IMG/VR virus record: IMGVR_UViG_3300050821_002957
Location: 186,001-250,000 of that record
DNA: 64,000 bases
Direction: 5' to 3' (one strand)
The position numbers and the translations under genes were made by a program. Position 1 is the stretch's first letter, and every line of letters starts with the position of its first letter. This document shows positions 9,198 to 19,620 of the stretch, piece by piece. The notes beneath the pieces were generated by a model. That model was not told the origin of the DNA. It made no database searches and was given only the letters and a program-made list of their open reading frames with translations.

Positions 9198-12100
9198 GTC
9201 GGAATAAACATAGCGTTTTGATTGCGCTCATAAGATGTATCAGTGTTCTTTGCACGTAGGTCACCAGTATGAGTACTGTTATTGTTAGTGATCTTTGTGG
9301 TCTGTGGTGCAATGATCTGATGTCCGGTTCCTGATTGTCCTGACGTTCTGTTCAATTCAGAATTTACCGCTGAGACTTGTGCCAATTGAACACCAGTGCT
9401 TTCAGGAGACAATTTCGGTGTATCAAGTCTAGGAGCAGCAGTATTTGTAGCTGTGGCAACCATTGCAGGCATTGACGTTGCTGTTGGTCGATCTACAGGC
9501 TTTGGACTACGTGATAAAGCTGTCACCACATTCTTTTGATTAGCTACGTTCTTGATTGTATCGCCGTAACCTCTAGCCGTGGCATACTTCGCTCCCATGT
9601 TCTCAATGAACTTGTTTACATCTCCAGTCTTTTGATATTCGGCAAAGGCAGCGGCATACGGACCCTTTGGATTAGATAGGAGTTTTGCGTGAGCTATGAA
9701 ACCTTCTTCCATAGTCTTGTAATCGGCAAACTCTCTCTTGACTGAAAATCTTTTTTTGCCTGACCAACCCATCTTCAAAGGAGAGCCATCCAACTCTGTT
9801 GCTGTAGCTGCTTCTTTCGGTTTTGATTTTTGAAATTGAGCGAATTCAGCGGGAGTCATGTCTTCCTGGGTCGTTCTAGTCTGACTCATCGTATCGCTTT
9901 TTGATTTGGTGACTCCAAATGCATTGTTACCAATCGAATGCTTACCCCAACCAGATTCTACGGCCCATTGTGCAATTGTTACTTGAGCCGGAACACCAGT
10001 TGCTTTTTCTGCATCCATTGCCATCTGTGCGATTTCTGGTGGAACTTCGCCCTGCTTGTACTTGATGTTTTTGTTCTGTGTTCCGCCACCTGTTCCAAGA
10101 ATACCGATACCTGAACCACCAGCCGCCGTGACACCAGAAGATTGTGGCTGTGGCGTTGCAGGTGTCGGTGAGGTTGGTGAAGATGTCGGCGCAACTGTTT
10201 TCGTCTGTGTTGGCGATGTTGTCGGAGTGTGAAAGCTACGAGCAGTCTTTGCCAATTCAGGTGTAGATGAAATTGGAGTAGCAGGAGGCGGATTCAATCC
10301 TCTACGTGGCGTTACAGTATTTTGTGTCTGTTGGGTCGGAGCAGGCGCAGCACTAGGAGCCGGTGCTGAAGTAGTTGGTGCAGGCTTGGCTGTTTCTGCT
10401 GTCTTCTTACCGCCGCCAAATGGATGTAGAATTGAATTGATCTTATCAGAAATCCAATCAATGACAGATTTGATAGCATCGGTTACTGACTGCAAGGCAT
10501 CTGTCAAAATTTTGGTGTTTTGTGGGCCAATAATGTTTTCGACCATCTTCTTGATCGAATCGAAAACACTGGAGAAGGCCGTACTGATACTTGCAAACGC
10601 TTTGGTGATGGTCTCCATACCAGGGATCTTCATGATCTCTTGACCAAAGTTTTCAAATGATTTTGTGAATGCCTCGATTACCTTATCCAATGCATCTTTG
10701 ATGGTATCGAGATTGAACATCGTCAAGAACCATTTGCCAAGCGCACTGAACATTCCCAGTACACCATCTTTCAGTTCTTCTATTCCTTTGTCGAATGTCT
10801 TAGGATCAGACAAATCGGACAGACCATCGATGAACTTTGACAGTCCTTCAAAAAAGTCGCCGATGATCTCAATCATCTTGCCAAGACGTTTTGCGACAAA
10901 CTCCAGGATCGGTCCCAGAACTTTGAAGATTGGTTTGGATGCCACATAGAGAGCACTCAAAATGGAACCAATTGCTTTGAAAATGCTGGCAAACGATTTT
11001 GCGCTGGTCTTTCCAAGTGTCTTTCCAATTTCTGTTTTGACACCTGCCAATCCGAGCACGAAATCAATAATTCCGAACAGACCTTCGACCACGCCGCCTA
11101 AACCACCAGCGACCCGATCCATCATCGTCAATTTCTTTTTGTCTCCAAGATACTTTTCTGCGTGCATGAATGCCGGGATGAAATCGAAGATAGCAGTGAT
11201 TGCCATAATGACTTCGCCGACAACTGGAATGAAATCTAGGAATTCAGCCATTCGACCTGCGCCACCCAAGAGTTTTGCGCCCTTGAGCATCTCGCCGCCT
11301 TCGGCCAGGAGCTTAGTACCACCCTTTGCACCTGCTTCAGCACCTTCCCCGACTGCCTTTCCAACCTCTCCCAGACCCTTTGCGCCGTCCTCTACGGCTT
11401 CGATGCCGCTTGCCGCACCCTCAACACCCCTTCCAGCCCCAGAAGCGCCCTTGCCTCGTCCAAACCAGCGCTTGAACATGCCTCCTTCTTCAGCTTCAGC
11501 CCCACCTTTAGCAGTTTTGTTGCCGAGACCCAGCCACTTTCCAATTTTGCCGCCAAACAACCGTCCGATTCCGGCTTCAATGCCAGACATGAGACCGCCG
11601 AGCAAACCGCCCTTTTTCCCACCTGATTTTTTGGCGACATCAGCAAGCAATCCACCAGCATCGCCATCGGTTGTTTCCCGACGCTTTGCGTTCGCATCCA
11701 ATTCGGATTGATCTAGTTGCTTTGCAAGCAATTTGTTGATTTCTTTTAGTTCAATCAACTGCTCTTCGTCTAATTTTGCGACTCTCGAAAGCGGACCTTC
11801 TTTGTCGCTGGTAAGAATGCTCAATTTTTTGTCTTGATCTTTTTGGACACCTTCCATGAGCTTGAGCAAACCTGCGGTATTACTTTGGCTCGCCAGTTTT
11901 TCAGGATGTAATGTCGGTTCATCCAAATCCATACGCCCGTTTTGAACAAGCTCTGGAGCCGCCGCCTTTTTCAATTGTGGTGGTGCTTCAAATTTTTCTA
12001 CGTTTGGCATCGCATGAACAGCAGCAGTCATCATTGCTTTGACTGGACTGTTGTACGGATTTTTCATGCGCTCCGCTTCTTGCTTTTCCATATGGGCTAA

Positions 12101-13486
12101 AGCAGTCGGTTTCGGATGAGATTCTTCACCAAAAATTTCCGGCCAATCTGGTGTGCCTGAAGGCTTTTTTAAACTATCTTCATGCTTCTTTTGTAATAGA
12201 CCTTTACCATGCTTTCTGATGGACTCTAACCATGCATCACGTTCATCTAACTCTTGCTGCTTCTTTGGTGTGCTCTTCTGATAACCTGCCCAATCAGGAA
12301 TTGCATTACCCAAGTGATCCCGAACCAATTGCTGAGGAGCCGAGGACACAGATGGTCCGTGAGCTACTGCGGTCGGAGACGTTGATCCTATTGTTTGAAG
12401 TGGTGACTGAGATACTGGTGTTGACTGTCCTTGAGAACCAGCGGCACGTTCCCATAAAGGTTGATAATCAGGGCGCAACAATTCAGCACGCAAATTCTGA
12501 TGCTGTTCTGTGCTGATCTTACCCTTAGCGTGCAAATTTTCAAGAGCGGAGTGGCGAACATCTTCGTCTTTGATTTTTCCAAGATGTTCCTTTACGGTAT
12601 CATGATCATGTTTGACATCAGCATCGTCAAGCATCGGTTCATCCGGGCGTGGTAATACTTTTTTGATGTCACCGACTTTGAATTGATTAGCTTTTGTTTT
12701 CTGACGTGCTTCTCGACGATCACGCATTTTTTCGAGAATATACTTGGTAGCTAAACCGACAATCGGAGAGTGACCAGCCAAACCAGAGATGACACTGACT
12801 GCATCAATATTTTGCTTCTGTAAGAACGAACCCATTTTACCGAGCAAACCTGTACGCTGACGTGTCTCTTGCTCCAATGCCTTTTGTAGATTAAGAGTGG
12901 CATTAGTGAGAATCTTATTTTCGGTGCCGACAGTGCTGAATCGAACACTCTCTTGAATATCAGAGAGCTTTTTCTTTGCTCCTTCCAGTTCGTCCTTGCT
13001 GTACGTATGGTACTCGGACGCCATGCTATCAATATTTTCAGCGTGGCGTTTTCCTGCATCGGAATACACATTACCACGTCGTTGCTTAATCAGCTTTTCT
13101 TTGTCTTTCTTTTTTTGAAGCGCAGTAAGTTGATCGACGACTTTTTTGGTAGATGCTTCGACCTGACGAATCTTCTCGAAATCGTCATCATTGTTGTTGC
13201 CACCAGTAGACTTTCTTGGAGACCTTGGACGACTGCCACCGCCACCTGAAGACGAGTTACGAGGAGCAGATCCACCGCCGCCACCTGAAGACACGTTGCC
13301 ATCCTTTAACATGTCTGCTAGGTCTTCGGCTGCGTTTTCAGTGGCCTGTTGAAATACCTGATGGATTTTGGTCGTCAGCTTCTTGGACAGATCATCTAAG
13401 AGATCTTCTTTGTCCACAAGCGTCAGATTTGAAACATCAATCTGATTCAGGTCTACCCCGTTTTTTGTTGTCTTCTTGGATGGCAT
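9194..13486 (-). CDS. Baseplate hub / tail length determinant (gp29-like) with C-terminal GH73 (FlgJ-like) peptidoglycan hydrolase
   Basis: 1430 aa; Gly-rich and amphipathic repeats; AQWAVESGWG..NNAFG..YAT motifs; C-terminal APxT..NNNST; follows 26 and 51. Confidence 0.8.
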   Translation of the reverse strand: MPSKKTTKNGVDLNQIDVSNLTLVDKEDLLDDLSKKLTTKIHQVFQQATENAAEDLADMLKDGNVSSGGGGGSAPRNSSSGGGGSRPRSPRKSTGGNNNDDDFEKIRQVEASTKKVVDQLTALQKKKDKEKLIKQRRGNVYSDAGKRHAENIDSMASEYHTYSKDELEGAKKKLSDIQESVRFSTVGTENKILTNATLNLQKALEQETRQRTGLLGKMGSFLQKQNIDAVSVISGLAGHSPIVGLATKYILEKMRDRREARQKTKANQFKVGDIKKVLPRPDEPMLDDADVKHDHDTVKEHLGKIKDEDVRHSALENLHAKGKISTEQHQNLRAELLRPDYQPLWERAAGSQGQSTPVSQSPLQTIGSTSPTAVAHGPSVSSAPQQLVRDHLGNAIPDWAGYQKSTPKKQQELDERDAWLESIRKHGKGLLQKKHEDSLKKPSGTPDWPEIFGEESHPKPTALAHMEKQEAERMKNPYNSPVKAMMTAAVHAMPNVEKFEAPPQLKKAAAPELVQNGRMDLDEPTLHPEKLASQSNTAGLLKLMEGVQKDQDKKLSILTSDKEGPLSRVAKLDEEQLIELKEINKLLAKQLDQSELDANAKRRETTDGDAGGLLADVAKKSGGKKGGLLGGLMSGIEAGIGRLFGGKIGKWLGLGNKTAKGGAEAEEGGMFKRWFGRGKGASGAGRGVEGAASGIEAVEDGAKGLGEVGKAVGEGAEAGAKGGTKLLAEGGEMLKGAKLLGGAGRMAEFLDFIPVVGEVIMAITAIFDFIPAFMHAEKYLGDKKKLTMMDRVAGGLGGVVEGLFGIIDFVLGLAGVKTEIGKTLGKTSAKSFASIFKAIGSILSALYVASKPIFKVLGPILEFVAKRLGKMIEIIGDFFEGLSKFIDGLSDLSDPKTFDKGIEELKDGVLGMFSALGKWFLTMFNLDTIKDALDKVIEAFTKSFENFGQEIMKIPGMETITKAFASISTAFSSVFDSIKKMVENIIGPQNTKILTDALQSVTDAIKSVIDWISDKINSILHPFGGGKKTAETAKPAPTTSAPAPSAAPAPTQQTQNTVTPRRGLNPPPATPISSTPELAKTARSFHTPTTSPTQTKTVAPTSSPTSPTPATPQPQSSGVTAAGGSGIGILGTGGGTQNKNIKYKQGEVPPEIAQMAMDAEKATGVPAQVTIAQWAVESGWGKHSIGNNAFGVTKSKSDTMSQTRTTQEDMTPAEFAQFQKSKPKEAATATELDGSPLKMGWSGKKRFSVKREFADYKTMEEGFIAHAKLLSNPKGPYAAAFAEYQKTGDVNKFIENMGAKYATARGYGDTIKNVANQKNVVTALSRSPKPVDRPTATSMPAMVATATNTAAPRLDTPKLSPESTGVQLAQVSAVNSELNRTSGQSGTGHQIIAPQTTKITNNNSTHTGDLRAKNTDTSYERNQNAMFIPT

Positions 13487-13489
13487 TCA

Positions 13490-13798
13490 TTATCCGTTTA
13501 GTTGCTGTGGTCCATCAACTTTAGTAGTCGGATCGGGTAAAAGTTCATGCTTTGCTTGGTTACCCTTTTGGACGGCGTTGATGCGTTGCTGTTGAATGGT
13601 TGGTTCTGTCAAGTTCATTCTAAAGTTCAAGAATGTCTTTGCCGAACTGCGAAACCACGTCCAGGTCCATTGAGGGATCTCTTTGAACGAGGGCAGCATT
13701 TCAGGCATTGATCCGATGGTTGCCGACGCCAAAAGACCCAACATTAACTGGTTGTCTTTCGCCCAGGTTAGAATTTGTTCGATTGATGGCATGATCAT
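13490..13798 (-). CDS. Late protein with a hydrophobic segment; possible membrane or holin-like protein
   Basis: TAAATA 5 nt before ATG 13798. Confidence 0.5.
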   Translation of the reverse strand: MIMPSIEQILTWAKDNQLMLGLLASATIGSMPEMLPSFKEIPQWTWTWFRSSAKTFLNFRMNLTEPTIQQQRINAVQKGNQAKHELLPDPTTKVDGPQQLNG

Positions 13799-13841
13799 GG
13801 GACTATTTATGTCCAAGCCAATCAATAGATACATCAATAGT

Positions 13842-14003
13842 TTAGCGTTTTCTATTGTTCTCGTCGGCGATCCGTTTGTTTTCCGAATCGATGTAGTCTT
13901 TGATGAGAACTAGATAGGCATCACGTTCCCACGGTATCATTCCCTCGACCTCAGTCAACGAATACTTATGGTGAAACATGAGACTGAAGTTCACCATGAA
14001 CAT
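13842..14003 (-). CDS. 51: Baseplate hub assembly protein, short gp51-like form (53 aa), absent from the ORF track
   Basis: NFSLMFHHKYSLTEVEGMIPWERDAY matches the T4-like gp51 pattern. Confidence 0.85.
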   Translation of the reverse strand: MFMVNFSLMFHHKYSLTEVEGMIPWERDAYLVLIKDYIDSENKRIADENNRKR

Positions 14004-14029
14004 ATTCGGGAGTGAATTGTGGCTGAGGG

Positions 14030-14842
14030 CTATCCGAAAAAACTTGGAAGTCCCTCGATGTGGAGAGGTTCTTCATATCCACACTTTGAGCAATGGAACT
14101 GAGTATCATGTGCCAGCTTCGGAATTGATTCAAAAAACTTCTGAAGTTTGACAAACTGTGCCTGAGTTAGCTTCTCAACCCATTCTTGGATATCTTTGGT
14201 TGTAAAGTTGTTATAGACTGACTCTTCGTCAAAGACAGATTCGATACAAAGAGCAATAGTAATCAGAGCGTCGTTCACATTGTCCTTTGGAGTTACAACG
14301 GCCCCAGTCGCACGTAATAACTGTCTTGCCATCTTAAAATTTGGATAGCGCATGTTAACGCCAAGTGTTTCGGTCAAGAAAATCTGCTTCTGATGATCTT
14401 CGTTGAATTGTATCCTTACGTCATCCAGATTGATCTTAACTTTTACTACATGGTCACAATCGGCAATGATCGGTGCATCAGGATCATCATTGGACTTTTT
14501 GAAAATTCGACGTTTTTCAGCTTCTTCCGGCGTCAATGTCACTTTGTTGTGGCAACGATAACTCAATTCGACATTGGAATCTACCGAGCGTGAGCGCAAT
14601 TGTAAGAAGATGAATTCCAAATCGAAATTTGCCAGTTCTTCTACTTTGATTGGCGAAAGAGCACATGACGTGACTACCTGGACGATAGCATCGAGCATCT
14701 GCCTTTCATCTTCACCTTCCAATGCAATGAGCAACAGTTTCTCCTCTTTTACAAGGAACGGACGAAACTGGATTCCCTGGCCGGTGGACGGAATGATGAT
14801 TTCAAAATGGGGAACGATCTTTTCGAGATTGGGTAATGGCAT
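14030..14842 (-). CDS. 26: Baseplate hub subunit, gp26-like
   Basis: IPSTG..FRPFLVKEEKLLL..FDLEFIFLQLRSRSV..CSKC..EGLPSFF. Confidence 0.9.
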   Translation of the reverse strand: MPLPNLEKIVPHFEIIIPSTGQGIQFRPFLVKEEKLLLIALEGEDERQMLDAIVQVVTSCALSPIKVEELANFDLEFIFLQLRSRSVDSNVELSYRCHNKVTLTPEEAEKRRIFKKSNDDPDAPIIADCDHVVKVKINLDDVRIQFNEDHQKQIFLTETLGVNMRYPNFKMARQLLRATGAVVTPKDNVNDALITIALCIESVFDEESVYNNFTTKDIQEWVEKLTQAQFVKLQKFFESIPKLAHDTQFHCSKCGYEEPLHIEGLPSFFG

Positions 14843-14874
14843 ACTGATCGTATGTAGTCACCACAAAAACAACG

Positions 14875-15657
14875 TTATGTTAGTCCACCACTTGTGCCCG
14901 GACCATTATTGCTGCCGGGACCATTGACGGTCTGTGTAAACGGAACGTTCGTACCTGTGGCAGAACGTATCGCTGTTGTCTGACCACCATTGTTAGAGCC
15001 ACCATTGATGTAAGTCCAAGCACTCGCATATTTGTACGTAAAGGTCACTTGGATGGTCTGGAACGTATTGTTGTTTGCGTAAGCTAAAGGTTGTTGAGCA
15101 ATGGCAATAGGATACGCATCGATCAAGATAGTATAATAATTTGGGCTTACTTGAGCACCGCCGACCGACCCAGACCCAGAGTTTGCAAAATCTGGATATT
15201 GAACAATGGCAATGTCGGTGCAATATTCACTGATGTAGTTGAAATTGTTGGTGTTGAAATCCATCACCATGTACATCCAAGCCTCAAAAAACCAACGCTC
15301 ATTCATTTGGTTACCGCACATGAACGTCATAGTTGTGTCTTGATATTCCGGGCGATGAGGAATCTTGTACGATGGACCATAGGAACGATTGGTCTCCATT
15401 TGAAACTGATAGCTAGGAAGCTCAGACTGTTGACAATAAGCCTGTAATTCAATAGCCATCGTGGACGTGTCACCACTAAAATAGTCAGCCATCCAATCTA
15501 CAGCATCGTCGCTAAACTGGAGAATAGCGGATTGTGCATTGTAGATTGCGGTAGATCGCTGCGCCAGAGCTTGAGTAGGAATGGTAATGTCATAACAATT
15601 TTGAACAGCCCAACCTGTGCTATTCAATTGTGATCGGAATGCGTCGATGTTTAACAT
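14875..15657 (-). CDS. 54: Tail tube initiator / tube-fold protein, gp54-like
   Basis: CQQSELP..YGP..ERWFFEAW..DAYPIAI..VTFTYK; synteny. Confidence 0.7.
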   Translation of the reverse strand: MLNIDAFRSQLNSTGWAVQNCYDITIPTQALAQRSTAIYNAQSAILQFSDDAVDWMADYFSGDTSTMAIELQAYCQQSELPSYQFQMETNRSYGPSYKIPHRPEYQDTTMTFMCGNQMNERWFFEAWMYMVMDFNTNNFNYISEYCTDIAIVQYPDFANSGSGSVGGAQVSPNYYTILIDAYPIAIAQQPLAYANNNTFQTIQVTFTYKYASAWTYINGGSNNGGQTTAIRSATGTNVPFTQTVNGPGSNNGPGTSGGLT

Positions 15658-16844
15658 TATCGTCTCCTTTTTAACTTTTGAATCATTCGTTTGCTGTCAC
15701 TCCAGACTCGTTCTTTCTTTTCTTTCTGGAATTGCTCGACCGGCAAGAACACTGCAATCTCCCAATCAACCGGCTCCACGTTGAGTAGTTCACTCTTTAC
15801 CTGTGATGCCAAGTAACGTTTGATCGTCGGTTTAACTTCAGGAAACTGTGCCACGTTCTTGATCAAACCATATGACATTTGCAATTTTGTAATCTTATCT
15901 AATGATTTATCGTTCGCAAAGGAAAGTAGTTTGTCGAAGAGCTTTGCACGAAGTAACAATGGAAGATAATGAAGATTGAGACCCAGCCATCCGTCATCGT
16001 ACAGTTCGACGACGAAGATCAAAGGAAACTTATCCCAATATGGAAGATCGTCTTTGGTCTTTGCATCATAAAAATACATGAACATCTTTCCGACCAATGC
16101 TTCGGCGGCTGTCTGCCCTTGTGAAATTAATCTGGTACGGTTCGGTGACTTTTTTGTCTTGTTAACATTGTCGGTCAGCCAGTTGCGTGCGCCTTTGGTT
16201 AATGACTTGATGCCATAACGACGAAGTTTGAGACGTATCTTTTCAAAGAACGTTGGATTCCTTGGATCTTTCGGGGGAATCCAATCGCCTTGTTTGATGT
16301 CTGGCTTCTGCGCTGGGGGAGGAGCACTTGGTTGACCACCACGACTGACTTGTGTCGGTTGGGGACCTTCCGGCGCAGTTATTTCAGGCGCATATTGTTT
16401 TGCAACGTCTCTAATATCCTCTGGTGGCTTACTAGGATCGTAATAGCTCTTTACTGCATCTCGAATCGATTGAATAGAAGAGTTATGTGGGTCGAGTTTG
16501 TTCTGTTTGATGATCTGAATAATCTCGCTTTCAGAAGCCTTCTTGCCAATAGCCTTGATGTTTCGCCCGACCAAGTGTTTCAAGTCCTGCATTGCGCTAT
16601 GAGCAACAACCTTCTTCGCAGCTTCCTGGATCACTTTGTCATTTACGAGCGAGGATTTTGAGAGATGAGTTACAACGCTGGCAATGTCTTCGTTCGCAAC
16701 GGGGCGATTCGGTACGAGTTTATGAAAGGCGTCAGATATCAAACTCTTGATATTTGGAACTTTGTTGGGATCGAAAGAGACACTACGGACATACTTCGTC
16801 GCAATCTTTCGGATCTCTGCTTCACTAATAATTTGTTTTGGCAT
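15657..16844 (-). CDS. 2: DNA end protector, gp2-like, with about 190-aa N-terminal extension
   Basis: GKMFMYFYDAKTKDDLPYWDKFPL..GLNLHYLP..KRYL..FLPVEQF..VWSDS. Confidence 0.92.
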   Translation of the reverse strand: MPKQIISEAEIRKIATKYVRSVSFDPNKVPNIKSLISDAFHKLVPNRPVANEDIASVVTHLSKSSLVNDKVIQEAAKKVVAHSAMQDLKHLVGRNIKAIGKKASESEIIQIIKQNKLDPHNSSIQSIRDAVKSYYDPSKPPEDIRDVAKQYAPEITAPEGPQPTQVSRGGQPSAPPPAQKPDIKQGDWIPPKDPRNPTFFEKIRLKLRRYGIKSLTKGARNWLTDNVNKTKKSPNRTRLISQGQTAAEALVGKMFMYFYDAKTKDDLPYWDKFPLIFVVELYDDGWLGLNLHYLPLLLRAKLFDKLLSFANDKSLDKITKLQMSYGLIKNVAQFPEVKPTIKRYLASQVKSELLNVEPVDWEIAVFLPVEQFQKEKKERVWSDSKRMIQKLKRRR

Positions 16845-17368
16845 TAAAAACCACTCAGGTGCTTTTCAGTCAAGATCATCCATTCCCATCCATGCTGGTC
16901 GCAGAATTTTTTGGCTTCGGTCCACTTCGCTTGATTGATGATCCAATTTTTCTGTTCGGCGAAGTAACGACGTGTTTTTCGTTTTGGTTCTTTTGGGGGA
17001 ACAGTCGCCGTACTCCATTTACATTCGACCAATCGAGTAGTGATCTTCCCATCCCGATTTTTGGTGATAACTTTGAAGTCTACGAAGTAACGATGCATCT
17101 TTTTGTCGAGGGGTGAATAATATGGGATCACAGTCTCTTCGGAAGACCATCTCAGGACAGAAGGTTGGTCGTCAAGATACTTCATCATTCGCAATTCCAT
17201 CTTGGACCGATAAGTGATCGTATTGATATCACCATCGTATTTTTCTGGGTGAAGTGGTGTAAAGAAGCCTCTACGTGTTCCGTGGGTCTTTCTGCGTTTG
17301 TTCAGTTTTGACGGAGCAATTTCTTTAGCTCTCGGTTCCGGTTTGGGTGTTGGTTGCTGTTGATCCAC
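16844..17368 (-). CDS. 4: Head completion nuclease, gp4-like (TnsA-type fold)
   Basis: HPEKYDGD..YRSKME..WSSEE..HRYFVDF..NQAKW..ILTEKHL. Confidence 0.93.
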   Translation of the reverse strand: MDQQQPTPKPEPRAKEIAPSKLNKRRKTHGTRRGFFTPLHPEKYDGDINTITYRSKMELRMMKYLDDQPSVLRWSSEETVIPYYSPLDKKMHRYFVDFKVITKNRDGKITTRLVECKWSTATVPPKEPKRKTRRYFAEQKNWIINQAKWTEAKKFCDQHGWEWMILTEKHLSGF

Positions 17369-17373
17369 ATACG

Positions 17374-17392
17374 TATTTAGCCCATATAAATA
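17374..17392. promoter_or_regulatory. Back-to-back T4-type late promoters
   Basis: TAAATA on minus (17379-17374) and TATAAATA on plus (17385-17392). Confidence 0.8.
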
Positions 17393-17399
17393 AGTGCAA

Positions 17400-18455
17400 A
17401 TGCCTGCTCAAACCAATTTCAATTCTTGGGTTCAAGCTCAACAGACGAACCAATCAAACGGTCAAGATGCCCCGCTTGCCGGAATCGACACAAGTCAATA
17501 TACGTATTCCAGCTTCATTTATCCGCTTGACCTGGGTGCTCCGGGCGCAGGCAAGGATCACTACATGGTGTTCCATATTAATGAAACTTCTACGACACAA
17601 TATCAGACCACAAATGTAAACGGGGCGGCTCCTACGGGTCAGCCCACAATTGTTGCTAACGCCCAACAGAGTCAAGCAAATGGAATGGGTTCGACAACAA
17701 ATACTCCGTCGCAAAATGGAACCTCTACGTCGGGGCAGCAAGGCAATTCTGCATCAAATCCTTCATCAGTTGTGGCTTATCAACCGATCAAACGAGTAGC
17801 AACCACAATCGTTTTGTACATCCCTCAACATCAAGTCAACTATCATGCTGAGTGGGAAGCAGAAAATCTTGGCGTGGCCGCAGACGTAATGGAAGCGATC
17901 AAAGGTTCAGAGAGTTTGAAAGATTTGTTTAAGTCGGCTGGTGCTTCTGGCCTGAAAAATGCCGGAACCATGTTGAACGAATTGACTGACTTGAATTTGT
18001 CTGCCGCAACATCCGCAGCAACTCGAATTGCAATCAACCCTCACATGGAAGTCATCTTCAATGGTATCGGATTTCGTCAATTCCAGTTCAGTTTTCGATT
18101 CACCGCTCAAAGTGAAGCCGAAGCGTTGAACATCGATAACATCATTCGAGCGTTCAAATTTTATGCAGCCCCGGAGATTTTAGCTGGAGCCGCAGGCCGA
18201 TTCTGGATCTATCCGGCTGAGTTTGACATTCAGTTTTATTCCAATGGCACCGAGAATGATTTTTTAAACAAAATCAGTACATGTGCCTTGACCGACATGC
18301 AAGTCAACTATACGTCGGCTGGTCAGTGGTCCGCACATCGCCCGTACAAATCGACACCAGGACTTGCAGGTTCACCTAGCGTCTGTACCGACATTCAGCT
18401 TACATTCAAAGAACTCGAAATCATCACGAAGGAAAGAATTCTACAAGGATACTAA
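17400..18455 (+). CDS. 48: Baseplate tail tube cap, gp48-like
   Basis: INPHMEVIFNGIGFRQFQFSF..SEAEA..IIRAFK..LTFKELEIITKERI. Confidence 0.9.
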   Translation: MPAQTNFNSWVQAQQTNQSNGQDAPLAGIDTSQYTYSSFIYPLDLGAPGAGKDHYMVFHINETSTTQYQTTNVNGAAPTGQPTIVANAQQSQANGMGSTTNTPSQNGTSTSGQQGNSASNPSSVVAYQPIKRVATTIVLYIPQHQVNYHAEWEAENLGVAADVMEAIKGSESLKDLFKSAGASGLKNAGTMLNELTDLNLSAATSAATRIAINPHMEVIFNGIGFRQFQFSFRFTAQSEAEALNIDNIIRAFKFYAAPEILAGAAGRFWIYPAEFDIQFYSNGTENDFLNKISTCALTDMQVNYTSAGQWSAHRPYKSTPGLAGSPSVCTDIQLTFKELEIITKERILQGY

Positions 18456-18456
18456 A

Positions 18457-18802
18457 ATGGCTTACTCGCTTGGTGGAGATTTGTGGCCTTTGTGTACGTG
18501 TGGACATGGGTATTTGGCTCACGATGCACATAGTCTAAAGTGTCAAGATGACCCTTCCGATTGGGGATGTTGCTACTGCAAAAAGTGTGCTAAATGTCCT
18601 TGCGAGTACTTTACCGCAGACAAAGGATATTATGCCGCAGACAAAAGAACAACTCCATCAGATGTACGTTGAGTACATCGCTGAACTTCGACGCCTCAAA
18701 AATGAGAAGTACGGCGAACAGTTGGAATTTCAATTTGAAGAGAAGGCATTGGACATACCAGCATGGCGCAAGAACAAGAACAAACAGAAAGAAGCAAAGT
18801 GA
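18457..18802 (+). CDS. Two small ORFs: Cys-rich 18457-18672 and 18632-18802
   Basis: CTCGH...H...CxxCxCxxF pattern also seen at 42492-42632. Confidence 0.5.
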
Positions 18803-18935
18803 TTGACATCGGCGAATGGAAGAAAGCACATGGACTTCCGTCGCCACCTTATCAACCGACAAATGAAACCACAACTGTCTTTGTGAACAAATTTTCAAAC
18901 CCGAGTTTTTGGACAGTTCCACCTAAACGACCATC

Positions 18936-19540
18936 TCAATAACAGATGATGACGAATGGGATGTCTTCAAGCTCACTCAGGCGCACATCTTGTTCTTCTC
19001 GACAGCAAATGTCATCGAAGAGTTTATCGTCTTTGATCTGGCCGCAGTCAAACGCTAGGAACGTTTCATCTTCGGTCTGGCCGGTCAAGCGTGTCCATTC
19101 ACTCAGCGTGGCCTTGTAGACTGCCTCGTATGCATCCTTGCCTTCTCTAGTGCATCGGATGAATATGGCCTTGTCACACCCATGTGCCGTTACCGGCTTC
19201 TTTCTTTTATTCTTTGTCTTCGTCGCACCACTCATCGATTTTCCCATTTTGTTGTGATGTCCTTGATTACTGTGTCTGGCTCCGTAGTATAAAGCCAAAA
19301 AAGTTGAACTGCGTTATTGCCCCGAACTTGCATTTTCAAACCACCGCTGACTGACGTGAACTTGATATGTGGTTGTGCTCCTGCTCGAACAGGAGTGATG
19401 ATCCCCAGACCAATTTTTGTAACATGTGGTGATTCTTTTGCAGCAAGCACAACAGGGATAGCAGTAGGAATGACAGTCGAGTGGTTACCGGAAAACTTTG
19501 GTCCACGCAACAATCCTTTGAGTCCCTTATGACTGCCCAT
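18936..19540 (-). CDS. Two coupled hypothetical ORFs (19232-19540, 18936-19235)
   Basis: Overlapping stop/start. Confidence 0.6.
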
Positions 19541-19620
19541 GTGGATTATTTTGACACAGTACTAGGCCGCAGTGCAAGTGTATTCTTTCTGGAAGCACTC
19601 TTTGCGCTACATAACCTTAC

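Noticed and set aside
10386-13524. Long plus-strand ORFs such as 10962-11711
   Set aside because: Antisense shadows of the 1430-aa gene
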